A program made the translations under genes and the position numbers. A stretch of 64,000 nucleotides of DNA from NCBI GenBank assembly GCA_015680685.1, contig MNCI01002812.1, forward strand, positions 564,977 through 628,976, read 5' to 3'. The notes under the pieces were generated by a model. That model saw nothing but the letters and a program-made list of their open reading frames with translations. It searched no databases and had not been told where the DNA came from. This document shows positions 51,396-64,000 of the stretch, one piece after another (position 1 is the stretch's first letter; every line of letters begins with the position of its first letter). This DNA is from Gnetum montanum. Lineage: Eukaryota; Plantae; Gnetophyta.

Positions 51396-53577
51396 GTCAA
51401 CAAGTTTTTCATATTCAACAAATATGAAACACTAGTAAGGATGCACCTACTTGAGCTACCTGATGTGCTTTAGAATTAACTACAATGTGGTAATTTCCAA
51501 AACAAAGGCTTAAATTGTTGGCCTAGGCTATAGTTGTGGAATTGTAATGAGAGCCAGAATCATTGCTAATCCATAATGATAAACATTGTATTCCTTTGTC
51601 TTCATCTCATCAATTCAAAATTTCTTCCAGCCCTTAAATAGGGTTTGGTGCTATGATTGTGTTATTCAAAAGTGTGCTGTGATTTTCATGAAACCAGATC
51701 AATATGAAAGGTTTCGATGCAATACAAGGGTCTATCTATGTGGGTACTACTTGTGCCTTTAGTAGATAAGCCCTTTATGATTATAATGCATCCAAGAAGA
51801 AGAAAAAACCTTTGAGAATATGTACTTGCTTACCCAAATGGTGTTGTTGTGGTTACTATTGTTCAAGGAAGAAAAACAAAAAAAACTAAGTAGAAGGTTG
51901 AAAGGAAGTAGAAATCCGAACAAAACACCAAGGCTTCAACATTGATATTTAGTTTAGAGGGCATTGCAGAGAATGTCAAAGAAGAGGCTTAGACCAAGGA
52001 TGTTGCTGGTTTGGTTTGATTGTTTTTACCTTTTCCATTTTGCACTAGCTCACGACTTCTTTGTGCTATCTTAGCAAGAATTGATAGAGAGCTTACTACA
52101 CGTTCATCCCACTACTAGCTTAATACACGTTATCTACATTTGATTTGAAGAGAGCCTACAATGTTTGGGGATCCTGGCCAAATAGTCAAGGGACAAATTG
52201 TTCAGAAGCCATGACAAAATCTCAATAGTAGCAATGCCAAAACCTCAATCCTTCTAAGGTGCAATGATGTGAGATGCCTTCAGAGAAAGCAATAGCAGGG
52301 GTCGTTGAAGATCAAAGGGTCAATGCGAACATTTTAATATTTTCTTCATTACTTATGCAAATTTTTTATTTTTGTGCATTTGGGTATCTATTAGGATTGA
52401 TGAGTGAGTTAGCTACATAGTTTGGTATTCTCTCTTTCGCATTTTAATGTTTCATGGCTTTAACTACAATGAAAAATGTTTGCATTCATTTTTCGACTAG
52501 TTGCAATTTTTCAAGTGATACTTTTTCCAGTTTTCTTACATTAAGCATGCATGATTTGTGCTTCAATTTGGAGCAATTAGAGGTTTGGGAGCTCCCAAAT
52601 CTCTCTTTCTCATACAAGTTTATGTTAAAATCTATCATGCTTAAAGCTGCATAGAATTGAGGTCATCATTATGTATTACCTAGGGTTTAGGATTCAATTG
52701 TAGAGTATTTATTTTAAGTTTTACGTAATTAGGCAAAAATTTATGTGGAACATTGAATTTTTCTTGTATGTTTTGATGTTTACAGATGATAGTAAGAAAC
52801 TAGGTAGTGTATATGTAATTAAGTTTTAACACATTAGTAGTGGTGTAACCATAACTCCCTATAGATTGTAGCTCTTAAAATCTGACAAGGGTCATAATCT
52901 ATTCTATGAAAGGACTTTGGATGGAACTAGAGGCAATGATCATGTTCTTGAACATTATAATGTGAGAAAGTATTCTATAGTAACTCAACATAAACCAACA
53001 TGGAGGACATGCAACCTGTTGGTACAATAATAATGCTATATTTTTTTTGTACATTGGATATAAGTATTTTAAGAATATAATAATATTTTTTTCCTATTTA
53101 TTATTTTTCAATAATAAACTTTTATTATTATTAATGTAGTACCATGTAATTATGAATTTAGTTTTTGATTTTTTAAAAACTTAGCTATGCATGTTATGTA
53201 ATTTCAATACTATTTAATTGTTTTGAAGTTTAGAATCAATGAAAATGTGTTTTATGACCTAGAATTTTGTCAATCAATTATAAGTGATCAAAGTAATTTT
53301 GTGTTATTGTAAGATATTAATAACATGAAAATTTCTCTCTAGATTAGGGGAAATTTTTAAAACACATTATTCTATTACATATATAAAAAAACAAAGTTTG
53401 TTCGCTACAATATTATTGAGGAACCTTGTAGCATTTATTGAAATTTCCTATTTGCCTTAGGTTTGGGTTTAGGCTTAGGTTGATGGACCTAACATGTCTA
53501 ATGTTAAGCATAATAAACCTAGGAGTATTCATTGGTTTGGTAGTATCCATAGACTACTGGTTTAGGGACACCTCTTA

Positions 53578-53993
53578 TGATCCCCTTGTTCTACCCTACA
53601 TACTATGTGTCTTGTCGTGTTGATTTTTTTAAGAATGAGTCTTGGATATTTTGGCATGTTTCACAGTGTTTTTGGATCATTTTGATGAGTTTAGGAGGTT
53701 ATAGGGTCTATGGGGACTTGTTTGGAGCCATTCAGAGCTTCCTGGTGTTAAAATGAGTAGTTTTGTTTTTGGCACCTACAGGATAGACGTCTCCCTAGAG
53801 ACATCTCCCTTGAACTGTAGATGTCCCAAGTCTAGAGTAGACATCTACCAAAAATAGTAGACATCTCTTCTAAAAGGAGGGTTTTCATAGTCAACAACCT
53901 AGCAAAGCCAAAGATGACCCAGACACATGGAGAAACTTCCAAAAATGCTTGTTCCAATTTGAGTAACAACTAAAGCAAGTTGGAAACAGCTAG
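53578..53993 (+). mobile_element. 5' part of another Athila-type LTR, interrupted at 53994
   Basis: TGAT start, T/G-rich U3 and repeated AGAC(G/A)TCT palindromes. Confidence 0.4.
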
Positions 53994-54206
53994 TGATGAG
54001 CAACGAGGTATCCCTACACTCAACCATATGAATATGAGCATCCACATATGATTTGGTCGAATTCCAAGGACTAAGTGCTTATGTGCCTTTGTGGAACAAG
54101 GATGGGTTGATCAATCATTATCTTTCCAAGCTTACTTGTATAGCACGATTGTATGGTTAAGTAAACTTGAGGTACATGATTTTTATAGTTTTTATGTTTT
54201 TATATA

Positions 54207-57200
54207 TGATGAGTGGCGAGATACCCCTACACTCAACCATACGAATATGAGCGTTACACGTGCGATCTGNTGATGAGTGGCAAGATACCCCTACACTCAA
54301 CCATACGAATATGAGCGTTACACGTGCGATCTGGTCGAACTCCGCAGAATAAGTGCCTACATGCCTTATAGAACACTTAAGGTTAATTGTTCGTTGTCTT
54401 CCCAAACTTGTATTTGTCATGGTGTATGGTTAAGTAAGCCTGAGGTATGTGATTTTTATATCTTTTATGTTTTATCGCCTATGCTAATGAGGTAAAGGGT
54501 GAAGAGACTAATTGACTAACTTTAACTAACTAACTAAGCCTTAATTAACCTAGCATCAGCATCCATTCCCACTTACCATTCACACCCTGAACCAATGCAA
54601 CCTGGGTTACCAAACGCTAGTCGTTGTTGGGATCACCAAGCGTAACGCACATGCTAGAAGCGGTCGTATTGAATGCACTTAACTACGGGAGAAGGGTTGA
54701 GAGAGAATTAACTAACTAATAAAGCATTTAAATGGTAAAAAATAAATAATAGTAAATAAAATCCTAATTAGCTTAATCCATGCATTGTAAGGTTTATCCA
54801 AGAAGTTCGTCCTTATTTTCGTACACAAACTTGTGTTCAGGTACAATATTTGTTCGAATAAAGAATCGTTTACTTTGGAGCTCCTACTACGGGCACATGA
54901 AAATTATTCTATCTTTGGAGAGGAAAAACTACCATAGTTTCACTAACGGTCTAGGCCTAGATGTGGAAACAAGGGAGAGTCGCCTCTTATTTATAGATTT
55001 GGCGGTGCACTGCAATATCGCGTACGCAATATATCAGCCCATCATACTCCCATGACTGAATAAAAACTCGTCCTTGAGTTCCTTACAAAATATTGGGAAC
55101 GTATGGGATTATTGACTCAAATGGAACTAATGGTGAATGGGATGACATGTGAACAGATCATCATTACAAGACAAGACAAAACTGGTGTTCACGACAACAA
55201 GAGCGAACATTTATACATTTGACATTAGGCCTTATTTGGAAGCTGAGAGAGAAGAGAAAAGAGAGAAGTTCGTTGCTGCCAACCCCAAGATTGTGCCTTT
55301 CGTTATCCATTTAGAAGCATGCCATCACTCCTGTTCCTTGCATAACTACTTCAACACCGATCCATTCCAAGTGTTCCCTCCAGATCCAATTCGTTGTTGT
55401 ATGATTGCCATATGCACATACAACACAATCTTAAATTAGCAAGGGTAAATGAATCACAATGCAATTGATACCTTGCTTCGGTGTAAGGCCCATTGTTGTG
55501 ACATGGCTGATACGGATCTAGAGATGTAGTATTGGTGGCTATTGAAGGTATAGGGGTTAGGAAAAAAATTGAAAAAATTGGACCAGGACCCCCATGACTG
55601 AGAGCAAACCTCCGGTAGTGATAGAATGGAGAAAATGAAAGGAATAAGCAGGATGAAGAAAAAGAGACAACTGTAACATTGATGAGATGGATGTCAAGAT
55701 GGAAATGAACAAAATAGAGTTAAGTGCAAAATGTTAAGGGAAAGAATTTAACTAGTGTATCAAATAGGAATGTGAGTGGGTCCTCCCCAAAGCAAGCTCA
55801 TGCCCTTAATGCCCTGACAAACCCACATTCAAAGAGTTCGTAGGCTTTGGGAATGTCATTTGGAACAAGAGTTAAAGTCTTAACCACAAGAATTTACCAA
55901 CAAGAAAAAAATGCCTCAACCAAAATATACACTAATGATACAACTGACAATAAGGTGAACAATGGAGAGAAGGATGGAGAGAAGAGAATGGAATGGAATC
56001 CCAAGAACAAGGTGGTGTATAGCCCCTTGTGTATTTCATGGTTAATGTGACTTAGTAGATCCCATTCCAAATCCGGCCTCAAACAAACCACATCCAGTGA
56101 CTTCGCATTAACACATTCGGTTAATCCATCCATTTGAAGTAACAAGGATTCCTTCACCCAATAGCCACCACCATTCTGATGAAATGAAGGAGGAGAGAAT
56201 GGGAAGCGAGAAGGGCCTTAGTTAGAGGGAACATGTTTATTTGAGTTCCATAACCAGTGCTTGTAGCCTAAGTGATTATTTCATCTAAGGGGTGTGCTTT
56301 GAATTCTCACTTTCTTACTTTTTGCTTTTTTCTTGTTTTTGTTTTATTTTATGTGTTTATCAGTAAGAACCACACCATGTAAAGACTTTGTTTATTTTTA
56401 TATGCTCAACTTCCCAATGACTGAGTAACATCGAAATGGTAAGAAAAATCAAAAAGAAAACATCCAAGCACCCAAGAGAATGGCCAACACAAATGCATCA
56501 AGTTCCCTTGAACTCACACCCTTTTCAATCCTTGAGTCCTTTCTTAGTTTGAGAAATGCCTAGTCATCGATTTGTTATAGTTCTTATTTGGAAAGGGAAT
56601 GTATAGTTCCAAGCCAAGAGATACCATAGAGATTGTGGATGTATGGATGAAGTGGGCTCATTGCCTATCATATTAAAAGAACCATACCTTAGTATCAATA
56701 TCATAACTTAAAGGTAAAAACCAAACATTAGCAGTCCATAGAAAATAGTTCATACCATCTTTAAGAACACTTATTAGGTGAAAAACTTAACAAAATGGAT
56801 AAACACACACACACAAGAAATAAAAAAGTATAACGATGTAAAACAAAAACAAGAAAAGTTAAAGAACTTTGTAAAACAAAAATGTGTAAAACAAAAACGT
56901 GTACAAAAAATATGTGTAAAAAAAAAACGTGTAAAACAAAAATGTGTAAAAAAAAAACGTAAAAGAACCGAGGGCCTCGAATGATTAACATAGGTGGCCA
57001 TCTCTCCCATGACTGAATTTCAAGGGAGAGATCCGAAATAATGAGCGTTTGTTTGAATTTCTTAAAAGTGTCCAACTTCTCCTAATTGATGTTTTCAAGT
57101 TAAGAGTTGGAAGTTGGCGACACTCATACTCCAATGTATCTATGCTTAGGTTGTGGGTGTAGGTTGTTCCCCCAGCTCGTTCCATGCATGTTGGGTTGCT

Positions 57201-60200
57201 CTCTTGATTAACTATCAACCATGGGGTATTCTTGTGTCGTGTGGTTACTACATACAAGCACTTTTGTATGTTGACTTCCTGGGCACACCGGTTGCATGCA
57301 GGAGATGATGAACGTTCCTGCATGTCATCATCCTCTGAGTCATTGTATGCGATGCACAGAACTTTCTTTTTCTCAATCTTTCCATAAATGTTTACCTTTC
57401 AAGGAAATATCATGGATCCCTAGGCATGTGTCTATTGTACTTAGCCATGCCCTTCCCATTATAATTGAGAAGTCCCCTTCGTTGTTGTTGACTTCTATCA
57501 CCAAGAAATTAGTTGGGTAGGACCAACCACACATAGTGGTAATGATGTTCTCCACCAATCCCAAGGGAATGATGATGGATTGGTCATCCAGCTCTAGTTG
57601 AATATTGCTCTTCTTGAGTTGGGGCAGGTTCCAGGCCTGATACATTTCTCATGAGATTAAGTTGACTTCGGAACCTGAGTCAAGAAGAGCCTTATGAGGT
57701 TCGTTCCCAGTGACTTGGACGTAGATTAAGGGACTCCCAGGGTCAGATAGTTTCCTGGGAAGGTGACCTACCTTGATCCAGTTGGTAATAGTATGTGTTA
57801 ACATAACCATATGCGTTGAGCTCAGATGTTGGTTTGAAGGGAGCTCCGAAGCCTTATCTATTAGAGGAGTGGTTGTGAACTTAACTGCTTGTCGTTGTGA
57901 GAGCTTGTTTGGGCTTTTGGTTCTGAAGAAAGGTCTTCTTTTCTTGCGGTTGTTAGAACAAACAGTGGGTTGAAGTTTTACAGCTCTCGTAGCATTACGT
58001 TGCTGCGGTTGAGTGGGGAGTTTCCCTTGCATTGTTGGAGTGGGTGGTATGGGAACTACTGGTGTAAGAGTGACAGATGGATTTAGAGGATGGTAGGCAT
58101 GTGGAGTGTCTCCTGGAGGAGAACGAGTCCTAAAATACTCCTGAACTTGGTAGTGATGTTGTGGGGTTGCATGACCCATAGAGTCACTTAGAGAAACCAG
58201 CTACTGCACGTAGTAGCCATATGGGTCTGGTTGCCGGTAAGGGTATTGTTGCCTAGGCGGTGGCATCCCCCATGATTGTGGGTGTTGCCACTACTGGTGT
58301 TGCCCAATGGGTTGTGACAAAGTTCCATTTGGATAATATGTTAACGGTTGGTAAAATTGCCTCAGGTTACCTTGGGGATAAGGTAACCTTCGGGGTGCTT
58401 GTTGTTTGTTAAGACTCGAGGTGAGTGCATACACCTCGGACTCTTGCAGATGTGAGATTATTCATATTGGCAAATCTCACATTCACTATCATTGTCCATG
58501 TCAGAATCCATAACCTCATCGGTGATGGTCATTTTTCCCTTATCCTTGTCATGTGCAGGGCCTGAATCTCTCCGTTTTTTCTTATCACGGTCACTACTTC
58601 GTTCCTCCTTAGATTCCTCTACGATTTTCAGGACAGTTTCAATTTTACTATCTAAGGAGCTCTATATTTGGTCTACCTTAGCTTCCACTTCTATTGTTAA
58701 TTTTTGAAGTGACAAGGTTTTTCTATTCACCAACTCTTCAATTGGTGACTCATCCTCTTCATCACAGAATCTCACTTCCTTCTTTCGGAGGGAAGGATCA
58801 CGATTGTACTCTTCCATGGTTTCTCTTTTTCGTGGCTCCCCTTCTTCTTTAGCTACTTGATCCAACAATCAATGAATTTCATGGGATCTAAGTTCAGATA
58901 ATCTCCCTTGGGCATATGTCCCAAGGGTTCTCCTAGTCTCATGTCTTAGCCCATCTACGAGGTGGCGTAGTTGATCCCGTTTTGCATAACCATGGCCCGG
59001 GTAACAATGTAAAAATGCATAATATCGGTCCATGGAAGCATCCAAGGGTTTGTGATTACCTTGCTTCCATCCTTGGATCTGCTTACGCAAGTTGAAAACT
59101 CTGGAGTACATTTGATATTTTTCGTTGAACAATTCTAGCATCGTACTCCACCATCTAATGGATTTTGGTTCTAAGGATCGGTACCAGCTTTCCACTTCCT
59201 TGATGAGTGTCCTAGGGAATAAATTTAACTTTTTCCACTTGTTTTCTATGTTCTGTAGGGCACAGGCTTCATGGAATTCCTGTAAGTGATTTTTTTGGAT
59301 CAGCATTATATCCCCCCTTAAACCGTGGGATATTGTTCATGTCTAATCACTTGATCCAACTATCTTTTTGATGCCTTGTTGGTATTCTCATAGCCTCTAT
59401 AATGTCTAACATACTTCAAGTTGCAAGTAGGGGTTCATCATGATCATCTCTCTCATGACGTCTATGATGCCTACGTGTTTCCCTACTTTCCCTTCTACCA
59501 TGCCTAGACTCTCACAACTCTCGACTCTCTCGTTGAGGTCTCTCATTTCGCTTATCCTTATCCTCTCCGTTATGCTCTTTATGACTGCATCTTGATGTGG
59601 AAGGAGAGGGTGAATGATGTGATGAAGGAGAAGAAGAAGAAGAACCATCACAATGATGATGTTCCTTACCTTCTCTTCGATGGCTATGGCCCCAATCGTG
59701 ATGACGATCAGAATGCCCATCCTTGTCATGTGCCTTTGTTCCCTTAGTGAACAGTTGGCATTCACGGGGATTAGAACCAGGGTTGTGTATCGTGGAGTGT
59801 AGGTTCTAATACCCTACCTTCTCACTATTGTTAGAAGGGAAAACATCATTTGATGGAGAACCCGTTATAAGTGGTTTACCATCTCCAATTTCACTTAGGA
59901 CGTGCGGGACCCCTTTGGCCTTCAACAATGTATGGTGGCTCTCCTGCCGTGAGTCCCTTAGACGTTGCGTTGCTGTGGGATGGTAATTCCTTATGTCATA
60001 ACATTCTGCAATGTATTCAACATATAATTCTATCATGCCAATTCGTGTAAGGGCATGAAGGAGCATGTCAGGGACTGCCCGATCTAGAGGTAACACTATG
60101 TTACCTTGCAAGTCTCTCCAATGCAGTTGTTTATCCTGATGGAGGATAAAGGTAAAATCCGATATATACTCATCAGGATGGGTATATACCATTTAGTATT

Positions 60201-61302
60201 TTTGAGGAACTGGCGGTTGTTGGTTATGTGCTTGGTGCCGCCGACTGTCTCTAGTATGATCCCTAGGTGGTGAATTACTTTTGTTAGAAGAAGACATTGT
60301 TTCTTATTCGGTGTGCTGATTAATCATTATATAATTTTTTGTTTAGTTAACCCTAAGGTTCGTTAAGCTCCCAGTGATGTGGATAATTTCCTATGTTTTA
60401 CTTAGTGCACAAACACTTAGTCCCCGACAACGGTGCCAATGATGAGTGGTGAGATACCCCTACACTCAACCATACGAATACGAGCGTTACACACGTGATC
60501 TGGTTGAACTTCGCAGACTAAGTGCCTACATGCCTTATGGAACACTTAAGGTTAATTATTCGTTGTCTTCCCAAACTTACTTGTATTTGTCATGGTGCAT
60601 GGTTAAGTAAGCCTGAGGTATGTGATTTTTATATCTTTTATGTTTTATCACCTATGCTAATGAGGTAAAGGGTGAAGAGACTAATTAACTAACTTTAACT
60701 AACTAACTAAGCCTTAATTAACCTAGCATCAGCATCCATTCCCACTTACCATTCACACCCTGAATTAATGCAACCTTGGTTACCAAACACTAGTTGTTGC
60801 TGGGATCACCAAGCGTAACGCACGTGCTGGAAGCAGTCGTACTGAATGCACTTAACTACGGGAGAAGGGTTGAGAGAGAATTGACTAACTAATAAAGCAT
60901 TTAAATGGTAAAAAATAAATAATAGTAAATAAAATCCTAATTATCTTAATCCATGCACTGCAAGGTTTATCTAAGAAGTTCATCTTTATTTCCGTATGCA
61001 AACTTGTGTTCAGGTACAATATTTGCTCGAATAAAGAACCGTTCACTTTGGAGCTCCTACTGCGGGCACATGGAAATTATTCTATCTCTGGAGAGGAAAA
61101 ATTGCCAGAGTTTCACTAATGGTCTAGGCCTAGATGTGGAAATAAGGGAGGTCCACCTCTTATTTATAGATTTGGCGGTGCATTGCGATATTACGTATGT
61201 GATATTGCAGGGCAAGACGCGATATTGCAGGGGATGCGATATCGTGGCGGACGCGATATCACGTACGCGATATCACAGCCCATGCGATATTGCATCCCAT
61301 CA
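54207..61302 (-). mobile_element. Young non-autonomous Athila-like element encoding only gag and protease
   Basis: 5' LTR 60440-61302 and 3' LTR 54207/54271-55044, highly similar. PBS TGGCACCGTTGTCGGGGA at 60421-60438. TSD ATATA/ATATC. Gag 58000-60300, protease KALLDSGSEVNLI ~57650-57700. No RT, RNase H or integrase. Confidence 0.92.
56835..56965. repeat. ~15-bp A-rich tandem repeat (GTGTAAAACAAAAA(T/C)-like)
   Basis: About 6-7 imperfect units. They generate the spurious FVLHIF/VKQK repeat ORFs. Confidence 0.75.
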
Positions 61303-64000
61303 ATATCCTAGTGCTACAAAGGGAGGAGAGAGATAACTAAGCAACTAATTTTAATTTAACTACTCAACTATGCTTTAACTAGTCCTAACACCAACATTTT
61401 TTCTCACTTACCATATGCATCCTAAACCAGTGCAACACTAATGGGATTACCAAACACTAATCATTATTGGGTTACCAAGTGTTACACGAATGCTCGAAGT
61501 GATTGTACTGAGTGTGCTTACTTAGGAGAGTTACAGGGTGAGAGAGAGAACATTAATTAACTAAGAAAAGCATTAAGTAATAGTAATTAACATTAATTAA
61601 TCTATTCTGAATGCTGTAAGGTTTATCACAAAGTTCATATTTATTGCCATACACAAGGTGTGCTTAGGTACACAGTGCTTGAATAAAGATCCATTCACTT
61701 TATGACTCCTACTGTGGGTGCTCAAAAATAATTCTATGTTTAGAAAAGAAAAAAGGCAAGAGTTTGGGTAAGGGACTATGACTAACTATGCAAACCAAGT
61801 GTGCCTGCCTCTTATTTATAGGCAATGAGGCAGGTCTCGATATCACGTACGCAATATCGCGTGGAAGGCCCCGATATCATGTATGCGATATCATGGATGC
61901 AATATCATGGCTAATCATACCCCCACGATTGAATGAAAAATTGTCCTCGAGTTCCTTACAAAATATTAGGAAGGTATGGGATTATTGACTAAATGAGAAT
62001 TGATAGCGACAGGGAATAATAGACTCAAAGTGCCTGGTGAATGGATTGACAAACATATTACAACATTGGTGTTCATGCCCTTTGTGGTGAACACTATACA
62101 TAGATGACATCCAGACCCTCATCTGACAGCTTGAAGAGAGAGTAAAGAAAATGAGGCGTGTTGCTATCGATGTCGCAATTGTGCCTTCTATTATTTATCT
62201 ATAGCCATGCCATCAAACTTGTTCCTGGTGTAAATGCTTCAGCTCCAGTCCATCCTGAGTGCTTCCTCCTATCCTAGTCCATAGTTCGTGTAACTACCAT
62301 TTGCACACACAACATAGTCACGAATGAGCAATGATAAGTAAACCATAATGCAGTTGATACCTTGCCTCGATATAAAGTGCATTGGCTAGGTTGTGGTTAT
62401 GATAGAAATTGGGTTAGAGTTTTATCATTGATAACTACCCAAGGTGTAGGGGTGATCCAAGTAGTAGAATGGAAAAATTTGTGATAGGGCCCCCACGACT
62501 AAGAGCAAACCTCCGGTAGCAATAGGATGGAAAAGTATACGAAACAAGAAAATGGGAAAAATAACAATGGTGATTCCAATAAAATGGATGTCATGGATGG
62601 GGATGAAATGAGAAATTGCTAATTGCAAGAAATGTCTAAGGAGAAGAATTTAACAATTGCACCATAAAAGAATGTTAGTGGGTCCTCCCCAAAGCAGGCT
62701 TATGCCCTTTATGCCCTAACAAGCCCACAAACCAAAGAGTCCGTAGGCTCTAGGAATGACATATGGAAACAATGGTTAAAGATTGACCCACAAGAATTTA
62801 CCAAAGAATAACAATGTGTCAACCAGGAGATAGATTAATGATAAAATTGAAAATGAGGTGAAAAACGGGAAGAAAGATGGAGAATAGAAAATGGAATGGA
62901 ATCCCAAGAGCAAGGTTATGTAAAGTCCCTTGTGTATTTTATGGTTAAGGTGACTGAGTAGAACTCATTCCAAATTTAGACTCAAACAAACCACATTTAG
63001 TGATCTTGCATCAATGCACTTGGCCAATTCATCCCCTTGAAGCAACAAGAATGCTTCCCCAAAGAGTCACCACCATTCCAAGGAGAGCGAGATGGAGAAG
63101 CAGGAAGCGAGAAGGGGCCTTAGTTAGAGGGAACCTTTAGGCATGGGTAACATGTCTTTCCAATGCCATAACTAGTGCTTGTAGCCTAGATTTCTCTATT
63201 ATGTCTAAGGGGTGTTCTTGTAATTCTCACCAGTTTTTTTTAACATGAGAACCACACCATGCAAAGACTTATTTGATTTATTCAACTTCTTGATGTTTGG
63301 TCATTGGCGGAATGGTGGAAAACCCATGAAAAGCATCCAAGTACCCAAGAGAATAGCTAGCACACATGCATCAAATCCCCTTGAAGTCACATCCTTTTCA
63401 ACCATTGAATCCTTCCTTGGTTTGAAGAATACGAAGCCACCAATTCATTAATAAGTTTATCTAGAAAAAGGGACAGTACAGTTCCAAGACCAAGGGAGAC
63501 CATAAAGTTGAACGGAGGAATGGACGATGTGGCCTCATTGCCTATTTTATCAAAAGAACCATATCATAGTATCAACATTGAAAATCAAAGGTAAAAACCC
63601 AAAATATACAATCAACACCATTATAGTACAATCCACCATCATGAGCACTTATTGTATGATGAATGAAAGTAAATCAAATAAAGAAATAGGAAAAAAATGT
63701 GAACGATGGTGTAAAACAAAAATAAATATAATTTAAAAAAATGTGTGAAACAAAAATACAAAAAAAAAAAAAAGAAAAAGAGCTAAGGGCTTAGAATGGT
63801 TAGCATTGGTGGCCATCTCCCCCATGACTAAGTTGGAAGGAGGAGATTCAAAATAATGAGCAAGGTTGTTCACCAATAGAGGTAGTATTGGTACTAGCTG
63901 TTCTAAGCTCATGGAAAGGTTTTGTTTGTTGGATGTTGACCAACAATTTCTTATCTAGGTTCTTAGGTTTGTAAATCATCATGGCCCCTGAAGGAAAAGT

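Larger units (their letters stand above)
53994..64000 (-). mobile_element. Athila-like host element: 3' LTR (53994-54206 plus 61303-61917), 3' noncoding region and integrase C-terminus, continuing beyond the window
   Basis: The LTR halves join across the nested element. PPT GGGGGTA adjoins 61917. 63900-64000 encodes TFPSGAMMIY..KLLVNIQQTKPFHE, matching the integrase end at ~37080-37170. Confidence 0.8.

Noticed and set aside
51450-53400. Possible hAT transposase remnant
   Set aside because: Only faint motif echoes and no TIRs or TSD found. Needs TBLASTN.
54207-54335. 63-bp tandem duplication of the LTR terminus around an N
   Set aside because: The copies are separated by the single N at 54270, so this is most likely an unmerged contig overlap rather than biology.
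55894-56157. 87-aa hydrophobic ORF in the 3' region of the gag-protease element
   Set aside because: It starts at GTG. The paralogous segment near 62800-63060 has a stop and a shifted end, and pyrimidine richness explains the hydrophobicity.
56170-56215. CTGATGA as a possible hammerhead ribozyme core
   Set aside because: No supporting stems or correctly placed GAAA, and it is absent from sister elements.
56761-57075. Repeat-rich ORFs (FVLHIF, VKQK)
   Set aside because: Translations of a 15-bp A-rich tandem repeat.
60953-61336. 127-aa ORF with paralogue at 54780-55055
   Set aside because: Both are antisense frames within the two LTRs of one element.

Overview
Land-plant nuclear DNA, mostly decayed and nested retrotransposons with a strong C-to-T methylation signature (most pseudogene stops are TAG/TGA/TAA). 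Two host genes are visible. The first is the 3' part (7 exons, 8144-11390, +) of a SAC-domain phosphoinositide phosphatase of the plant SAC1/FIG4 type, whose upstream intron (>8 kb, running off the window) holds a composite L1 LINE. The second is an intronless 226-aa single-pass membrane protein in a CpG-rich island (48173-48853, +). Other elements are an RTE LINE and RTE fragment, RTEX-like LINEs, three copies of an Au/TS-like SINE, two inverted 3' halves of Tekay-type chromoviruses, and an Athila-like family (tRNA-Asp PBS, TGAT..ATCA LTRs). That family includes one full-length copy with an env-like ORF (30044-43089), a gag-only derivative (14891-21383), a young gag-protease-only derivative (54207-61302) and a host copy running off the end. 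The most unusual signal is a hidden ~500-codon frame at the 3' end of the L1 (about 2300 to 841, minus strand). It is in frame with the ORF2 zf-RVT and encodes a plant-transposon-protein-like domain plus a coiled coil, similar in layout to the Athila env-like ORF. All family assignments come from motif recognition by eye; no searches were run.
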